Source: Patescibacteria group bacterium
Lineage (GTDB): Bacteria; Patescibacteriota; UBA1384; XYA2-FULL-43-10; 1-14-0-10-43-13
Assembly (NCBI GenBank): GCA_041671645.1
Contig: JBAZBD010000001.1
Location: 735,234 to 799,233, forward strand
Direction of reading: 5' to 3'
DNA: 64,000 bases
Shown here: positions 57,922-64,000 of the stretch, piece after piece
Position numbering within the stretch: the stretch's first letter is position 1
Layout of the letters: every line of letters starts with the position of its first letter
Notes under the pieces: generated by a model
The model's database searches: none
What the model was told of the DNA's origin: nothing
The model's input: the letters and a program-made list of their open reading frames with translations, nothing else
Translations under genes and position numbers: made by a program

Positions 57922-58719
57922 ATGAAAAAATATCTTGCCGGAATTATAACTGTAATAGTCGGCATACTCATGTTGGCCGGCTGTGGCGGTGGTGGCGAAA
58001 AACCGCCGGTCGCTAACGGCAACGTCCGTGTCATGATCGCTCTACCAGGTCATGTCGCAACCACAAGTCGCTCTATCTCCGAAATAAAGAAAGGAAGAGT
58101 AACTGTGGCGGGCGCTGGCATGACCACCCTGACCGCGGACGCGGCGGTCGATATCGCGAATAAATCTGTCACCGTGATGGTACCAGAAGTAAAACCAGGT
58201 AACGATCGAGAAGTCACCTTTGACGGTCTCGATGCAGCTGGGAATATCCTATACACCGGGAGCACAAAGGTCACGGTGACAACAGGTCAAACTGTCGACG
58301 CCAATATTACGGCCACACCGACCAACTCGACGGTCAATATTGACATCATCGTCCATGAAGGCACACCGACTCTTGTAGTCGATACACCCCCGGCATTCGG
58401 TAGCACAGCCGATTTGACTGGTAAAATCACTGGCGGAGTAAATCCCGCCAACTATGTCGTTGCGGTGTTCTCGCACGGCACTGACGGTAAATGGCGCAAT
58501 AAGCCAACCTATGCCAGCTATATGACCTATCCCGACAACCTCGGGGCCTGGTCAACGGACATAACTACCGGCGGAGACGACCAGAACGCACCGGAATTTC
58601 TGGTGTTCCTGGTGCCGGTAGAGACATACACAGACATTCCGAATTTCTACAGTAACTCGCTTGCCCCCACGGTCGCCAGTGCGGTAGACCAAGTGCAAAT
58701 ACCACGGCCGGCACAATAG
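57922..58719 (+). CDS. Lipoprotein with beta-rich domains
   Basis: Lipobox LAGC; N-domain resembles that of upstream GH17 protein. Confidence 0.75.
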   Translation: MKKYLAGIITVIVGILMLAGCGGGGEKPPVANGNVRVMIALPGHVATTSRSISEIKKGRVTVAGAGMTTLTADAAVDIANKSVTVMVPEVKPGNDREVTFDGLDAAGNILYTGSTKVTVTTGQTVDANITATPTNSTVNIDIIVHEGTPTLVVDTPPAFGSTADLTGKITGGVNPANYVVAVFSHGTDGKWRNKPTYASYMTYPDNLGAWSTDITTGGDDQNAPEFLVFLVPVETYTDIPNFYSNSLAPTVASAVDQVQIPRPAQ

Positions 58720-58827
58720 CTGGCCAAGACTACTTTCCCCCCGATATTATTTCGGGGGGATTTTTATTTACAAAAATTATTTAATTAGTTATTATATAAG
58801 TATCTTAACTAAATTCACAGAAAATTT

Positions 58828-59289
58828 ATGTTTAACCGCAAAAAAACAATTGAAGAGATTCTGGAGACCTTTCATCTGATCAAACGCAAAAGTATGAACA
58901 TGGTCAATTTTGCCAAAACCGCCGACTTGAATATCATGGGCTCGCAGTGGCTCGTCCTCCACCTAGTGCAAAAAAACGACGGCATCGGGGTCAAGGAAAT
59001 CGCCGAAGAAATGCACATCTCTAGCCCGGCCGCGACTCAGCTTGTCGACGCTCTTGTGACTCGCGGTTTTCTAATTCGTGAAACTTCCCCTACAGACCGT
59101 AGGGCGATAAAATTAAAATTATCCGCCCAGATGAGAGATAAGTTTGCAGATATGAAAAAAGCTGGGATGGCGCATGCTGGCACACTGTTTGAATCGCTAG
59201 ATGACGACGAATTAGCAACCTTTATGTCCCTCTGCAAAAAACTAGTAAGCGATAAAATAGACATAAATATAGAAAGTGAGAACAAATAA
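58828..59289 (+). CDS. MarR family regulator
   Basis: ATQLVDALVTRGFLIR...DRR. Confidence 0.9.
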   Translation: MFNRKKTIEEILETFHLIKRKSMNMVNFAKTADLNIMGSQWLVLHLVQKNDGIGVKEIAEEMHISSPAATQLVDALVTRGFLIRETSPTDRRAIKLKLSAQMRDKFADMKKAGMAHAGTLFESLDDDELATFMSLCKKLVSDKIDINIESENK

Positions 59290-61089
59290 ATGTTAAAAAT
59301 ATTAAAATACTTAAAACCTTATACCTGGTCGCTGATTTTGTTGGTGATTTTAATTTACGTTCAGGTCCAAACAAATCTGAAGCTACCAGATTATATGGCC
59401 CAGATTATCAACAAGGGCATTGTGGTCGAAAATAATTCTCTGATCTGGAGCACAGGAACAAAAATGCTCCTAGTTTCTCTCCTGGGTGGCGCCTGTATGA
59501 TTGTCGTAAGTTATATTGCCTCTCGCGTCGCCTCCGGATTTTCTGCCAATTTGCGACAACGATTGTTTACCAAAGTCGAAAGTTTCTCACTTGTCGAATT
59601 TAACAAATTTTCGACTGCGTCCTTGATGACAAGAACTACCAACGATATAACTCAAATTCAGACGGTACTCATCATGGTCTTACGGATGGTCCTGATGGCA
59701 CCGATCATGGGAATCGGCGCGATTATCAAAGCTTACCAGATGGCGCCATCGATGACTTGGATTATCGCGCTGGCCGTCGGTGTTTTAACGCTATTGATTG
59801 GCACCCTCTTCGTCATTGCCCTGCCTAAATTCAAAATCTTGCAAAAAATGGTTGATAAAGTGAATTTGGTAATGCGAGAGATCCTAACAGGTCTCAGGGT
59901 TATTAGAGCCTTCAATACCGAAAAAATCGAGGAAAATAAATTTGATAAAGCCAACCAAGATTTGACTGGCTTGAATCTTTTCGTGAATCGATTGATGGTG
60001 ATCATGCAACCGATGTTGATGTTGATAATGAATTTCGCCGCACTATTGACGATCTGGGTTGGTGCTCATTTGATAAATTCTGGCAGTTTGGCGATCGGAG
60101 ATATGATGGCCTTCATGCAATATTCGATGCAAGTCATAATGGCTTTCCTCTTCCTGACAATGGTCTTCATCATGGTGCCACGAGCAGCCGTATCAGCAGA
60201 ACGTATCGCTGAAGTTTTGGATACTGAGGTGCTGATCAAAGATCCAGAAAATCCAACGAAATTGCCAGCCGTCGGGCAAGGATTGATCGAATTCAAAGAC
60301 GTGTATTTTGGCTATCCAGGAGCCGATATTCCAGCCCTAGAGGGCATCAGTTTCAAGGCCAAGCCAGGCGAGATTACCGCTTTTGTCGGATCCACTGGTA
60401 GCGGCAAATCAACGCTAATCAATCTAATCCCCCGCTTTTATGATGTCACGAACGGACAAATTCTGGTGGATGGCGTCGACGTTCGTGAAATCAAGCTGGA
60501 ATCTCTCTGGAGCAAAATCGGCTATGTCCCGCAAAAAGGCACACTCTTTTCCGGCACGGTCGAGAGCAATATTAAGTATGGCGCGCCTGATGCAGATGAA
60601 AATGAAGTCAAAAAAGCGGCCAAGATAGCTCAGGCAACTGAATTTATCGACACTCTTCCCGAAAAATTGGCCTCGGCTATCTCCCAAGGCGGCACCAATG
60701 TTTCGGGCGGCCAGAAACAACGACTTTCGATTGCTCGAGCCCTAGTGCGCAAGCCGGAGATCTATATCTTTGACGATTCTTTCTCGGCCCTAGACTTCAA
60801 AACTGATGCCGCTCTCCGAAATGCTCTCATGACTGAAACCAAGAAGAAAACTGTATTGATCGTAGCCCAGCGAATTTCAACCGTTATTAACGCTGACCAT
60901 ATCGTGGTCCTAGACGAGGGCAAAGTTGTCGGACAAGGTCGTCATCACGATTTGATGAAAGACTGCCCCGTCTATAGCGAAATAGCGCTCTCCCAGCTTT
61001 CTGAATCTGAGCTAGACCGAAGCGATAATTCATCTGGGAAAAAGGATGTTAAAACACCCCTTAAATTATCCAGAAAGGAGGCGTTATGA
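59290..61089 (+). CDS. ABC exporter, fused permease/ATPase (heterodimer subunit)
   Basis: TMD; GSTGSGKST, VSGGQKQR, FDDSFSALD. Confidence 0.93.
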   Translation: MLKILKYLKPYTWSLILLVILIYVQVQTNLKLPDYMAQIINKGIVVENNSLIWSTGTKMLLVSLLGGACMIVVSYIASRVASGFSANLRQRLFTKVESFSLVEFNKFSTASLMTRTTNDITQIQTVLIMVLRMVLMAPIMGIGAIIKAYQMAPSMTWIIALAVGVLTLLIGTLFVIALPKFKILQKMVDKVNLVMREILTGLRVIRAFNTEKIEENKFDKANQDLTGLNLFVNRLMVIMQPMLMLIMNFAALLTIWVGAHLINSGSLAIGDMMAFMQYSMQVIMAFLFLTMVFIMVPRAAVSAERIAEVLDTEVLIKDPENPTKLPAVGQGLIEFKDVYFGYPGADIPALEGISFKAKPGEITAFVGSTGSGKSTLINLIPRFYDVTNGQILVDGVDVREIKLESLWSKIGYVPQKGTLFSGTVESNIKYGAPDADENEVKKAAKIAQATEFIDTLPEKLASAISQGGTNVSGGQKQRLSIARALVRKPEIYIFDDSFSALDFKTDAALRNALMTETKKKTVLIVAQRISTVINADHIVVLDEGKVVGQGRHHDLMKDCPVYSEIALSQLSESELDRSDNSSGKKDVKTPLKLSRKEAL

Positions 61090-63113
61090 GCGAACAAAAT
61101 AACCAACAAACTCCTCCGAAAGGTCCTATGCCAGGCGGACGCAACGCCATGGGCGGACCAGGCATGATGGGCGGCGCTACCGAAAAAGCCAAAAACTTCA
61201 AAAAAACGATGGCCAATTTGATTAAATATCTAAAGCCATTTTGGATCTCGATAATTATCGTGTTCGTGTTTGCAATTGCCAGTACACTTTTCGCGGTTTT
61301 CTCGCCCAAAATACTCGGAGGCGTGACCAACACAATTGTCGACGGATTTATCAACCGCACTGTTTACGATCAAGTCGTAACGCAATTGCCAAAAGGGATG
61401 ACAATTCCCACTGGAACCTCTGGCGCAGAAATACTCAAGAAAATGCCGCCACAGCAGTTAGCCCAAATCCCCGCAGACAGGCTGGACAAGATACGCGCCC
61501 TTGACCTCTCAAGCCGCCCTGGCATAGATTTTCACAAGATAATGACAACAGCTATTCTATTGATCATTCTATATGTCCTCTCCGCCTTCTTCAGTTACCT
61601 CCAGGGTTGGATCATGACCAATATTTCCCAAAAGATTACCTACAATTTCAGACGTGATATTTCGATGAAAGTCGGAAGAATGCCTCTGCGATATTTTGAC
61701 ACCAAAACCCACGGAGAAACGCTATCCCGAGTGACCAATGATGTCGATACCGTTGGTATGACACTCAATCAGTCGCTCACTCAGATTATCACCTCCGTCA
61801 CTATGATCATCGGTTTCTTGGTCATGATGTTTACGATTAGTTGGCAGATGACCCTGGTAGCGTTGATAATCCTGCCTATCTCGATGGGAATAATTGGCAT
61901 AATTGTTGGCCGCTCTCAGAAATTTTTCAAAAACCAACAGGTTTCTCTGGGCCAGCTCAACGGCCATATCGAAGAAATGTATGGCGGCCATAACGTGATG
62001 AAGGTCTTCAATGGTGAAGCTCGCTCAATTGCCAAATTCAATCAAATCAACGACCGACTCTATAACAGTTCATGGAAATCTCAGTTCCTCTCTGGCTTAA
62101 TGTGGCCCATTATGGGCTTCATCGGCAACGTCGGATATGTCGGCGTAGCAGTAGTCGGTGGCGTCTTGGCTATTCGCGGAAGAGTCAATATTGGCGACAT
62201 CCAGGCTTTCATACAATATATGAATCAATTCAATCAACCGATTTTACAAACAGCCAATGTCGCTAGTGTGATGCAATCAACAGCGGCGGCGGCCGAACGT
62301 GTTTTTGAATTTTTAGATGAAGAAGAGGAAACAGCCGAAGCGCCAGAGCCAATTGTTCTGGAGAAAGTCTCCGGGAACGTCACGTTTGATAATGTTGTCT
62401 TTGGCTACGAGCCAGATAAAACTATTATCAAAAAATTCAACGCCGAAATTCACACTGGGCAGAGGGTCGCGATCGTCGGGCCGACGGGGGCTGGTAAAAC
62501 CACAATGGTAAACCTGCTAATGAGATTTTATGATGTAAACAGTGGCGCAATCAAAATAGATGGCGTCGATATCCGCGAAATGAGACGAGCCGACCTGCGC
62601 AAAATGTTTGGCATGGTTCTCCAAGACACCTGGCTATTTAACGGGACTATTCGCGACAATATCGCTTATGGGAAAATAGGCGCGACTGAAGCAGAGATCA
62701 CCAAAGCGGCCAAGGACGCGCATGTTGATCACTTCGTCCACTCTCTCCCCCACGGCTACGATGCGGAATTGAATGAGGAAGCTGACAATGTTTCGGAGGG
62801 AGAAAAACAGTTGCTAACGATTGCCCGCGCCATGCTGGCCAACCCGCCGATGCTGATTTTGGACGAGGCTACAAGTTCAGTTGATACTCGAACTGAGGTA
62901 TTGATTCAAAAAGCGATGGACAATTTGATGAAGGGGAAAACCAGTTTCGTCATCGCCCACCGGCTTTCGACGATTCGCGACGCAGATTTGATCCTGGTCA
63001 TGAAGGACGGGAATATCATCGAACAGGGCAAACATGTTGAACTGCTGAAAGCAAACGGTTTCTACGCCGAGCTTTACAACAGTCAGTTCACCGCACCAGT
63101 CGTCAATATTTAG
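61086..63113 (+). CDS. ABC exporter, fused permease/ATPase (heterodimer subunit)
   Basis: TMD; GPTGAGKT, LDEATSSVD, IAHRLS. Confidence 0.93.
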   Translation: MSEQNNQQTPPKGPMPGGRNAMGGPGMMGGATEKAKNFKKTMANLIKYLKPFWISIIIVFVFAIASTLFAVFSPKILGGVTNTIVDGFINRTVYDQVVTQLPKGMTIPTGTSGAEILKKMPPQQLAQIPADRLDKIRALDLSSRPGIDFHKIMTTAILLIILYVLSAFFSYLQGWIMTNISQKITYNFRRDISMKVGRMPLRYFDTKTHGETLSRVTNDVDTVGMTLNQSLTQIITSVTMIIGFLVMMFTISWQMTLVALIILPISMGIIGIIVGRSQKFFKNQQVSLGQLNGHIEEMYGGHNVMKVFNGEARSIAKFNQINDRLYNSSWKSQFLSGLMWPIMGFIGNVGYVGVAVVGGVLAIRGRVNIGDIQAFIQYMNQFNQPILQTANVASVMQSTAAAAERVFEFLDEEEETAEAPEPIVLEKVSGNVTFDNVVFGYEPDKTIIKKFNAEIHTGQRVAIVGPTGAGKTTMVNLLMRFYDVNSGAIKIDGVDIREMRRADLRKMFGMVLQDTWLFNGTIRDNIAYGKIGATEAEITKAAKDAHVDHFVHSLPHGYDAELNEEADNVSEGEKQLLTIARAMLANPPMLILDEATSSVDTRTEVLIQKAMDNLMKGKTSFVIAHRLSTIRDADLILVMKDGNIIEQGKHVELLKANGFYAELYNSQFTAPVVNI

Positions 63114-63179
63114 CCCAGGGGGCTATCTATTCTCTGAAGAAGAGAGTATAGTAAAAGTGTTAGATAATTTAGGAGATAG

Positions 63180-63497
63180 ATGGAAAGCGAAAAGAACAAA
63201 CTGTTCGTCGGCAACCTTTCTTTCGACATCGACCAAGAACAACTTGCGTCTTTGTTTGCAGAGATTGACGGTGTCGAAGTAGTAGAGGCGACTATTATCA
63301 TGGATCGTGAGACCAACAGACCTCGTGGTTTTGGTTTCGTTAAGGTTGCAACTGATGAAATGGCCGAGAAAGCAGTAGCTGCTCTCGACGGTAAAGAAGT
63401 TGCTGGCCGCAAGATTGTCGTCAATATTGCCAAGCCACGTGAAGAGAGACCAAGAACTGGTGGCCAGGGTGGTTACTCTAGAGATCGCAGATACTAA
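63180..63497 (+). CDS. RRM RNA-binding protein
   Basis: LFVGNL (RNP2), RGFGFV (RNP1), Gly-rich tail. Confidence 0.93.
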   Translation: MESEKNKLFVGNLSFDIDQEQLASLFAEIDGVEVVEATIIMDRETNRPRGFGFVKVATDEMAEKAVAALDGKEVAGRKIVVNIAKPREERPRTGGQGGYSRDRRY

Positions 63498-63610
63498 TAA
63501 CCAAACTTATAGTTTAGTTAAATAGTCCTACTAAAATAAGGCTGCCGAAAGGCAGTCTTATTTTTATGGTTTACTATAGGCCCAATTTGTGATAGAATCG
63601 TGTAAGATTT

Positions 63611-63685
63611 GCGGGTATCGTATAGCGGCTATTATGCGACCCTTCCAAGGTTGAGATGCGGGTTCGACTCCCGCTACCCGCTCCA
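63611..63685 (+). tRNA. tRNA-Gly(TCC)
   Basis: Cloverleaf; CT TCC AA; CCA. Confidence 0.95.
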
Positions 63686-63693
63686 AAATATAT

Positions 63694-63769
63694 GGCGGCT
63701 ATAGTGAAGTGGTTATCACGGCAGTTTGTGGCACTGCAGTCATGGGTTCAATTCCCGTTAGCCGCCCCA
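63694..63769 (+). tRNA. tRNA-His(GTG) with G-1
   Basis: Cloverleaf; TT GTG GC; CCA. Confidence 0.95.
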
Positions 63770-63824
63770 GAATTTGGAAAACAAGGGTTAGAAAATAATT
63801 TTTCTAATTCTGTTTCTCAATTTT

Positions 63825-63900
63825 GCGCCCTTAGCTCAGTGGATAGAGCGCTCGACTTCGGATCGAGAGGCCGGGGGTCCGAATCCCTCAGGGCGTACCA
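63825..63900 (+). tRNA. tRNA-Arg(TCG)
   Basis: CTCGA-CT TCG GA-TCGAG; CCA. Confidence 0.93.
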
Positions 63901-63976
63901 GCCCGCGTAGCTCAGTGGATAGAGCAACTCCCTTCTAAGGAGAAGGTCGCAGGTCCGATTCCTGCCGCGGGTACCA
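63901..63976 (+). tRNA. tRNA-Arg(TCT), abutting the previous tRNA
   Basis: CT TCT AA loop; CCA. Confidence 0.93.
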
Positions 63977-64000
63977 TAAAAAAATAAATTCAGCCGTAAG

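Noticed and set aside
63771-63824. AT-rich hairpin between tRNA-His and tRNA-Arg
   Set aside because: Consistent with an ordinary spacer or processing structure; no tRNA fragment duplication
63656-63910. 84-aa ORF over the tRNA cluster
   Set aside because: Overlaps tRNA-Gly, His and Arg; spurious

Overview
Bacterial chromosome segment, most consistent with a small-genome Patescibacteria/CPR organism (inference from gene style and content). Housekeeping content: tmRNA (ssrA), smpB, rsmH, rny, ymdB, HU, a DEAD-box helicase, plsX, ABC transporters and 8 intact tRNAs. Two integrative elements can be delimited. Island 1 (~740-9714) sits in the 3' end of tmRNA and carries a large serine recombinase (LSR), an IetAS-like AAA-ATPase/S8-protease pair and an AbiTii-like gene. 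Island 2 (~37131-50282) sits in the 3' end of tRNA-Arg(CCT) and carries an LSR, a Replic_Relax-type relaxase, an OLD-family ATPase-TOPRIM, metal/redox cargo and a tRNA-like RNA with its own promoter. Main finding: in both islands the att site lies inside the 3' end of the integrase gene. The integrated integrase ends in a tail read antisense from the tRNA/tmRNA, while an in-frame alternative C-terminus is stranded at the far island end and would be rejoined on excision. Second finding: three tRNA genes have adjacent partial duplicates interrupted by 30-44 bp hairpin inserts. All calls come from reading the sequence; no database searches were run.
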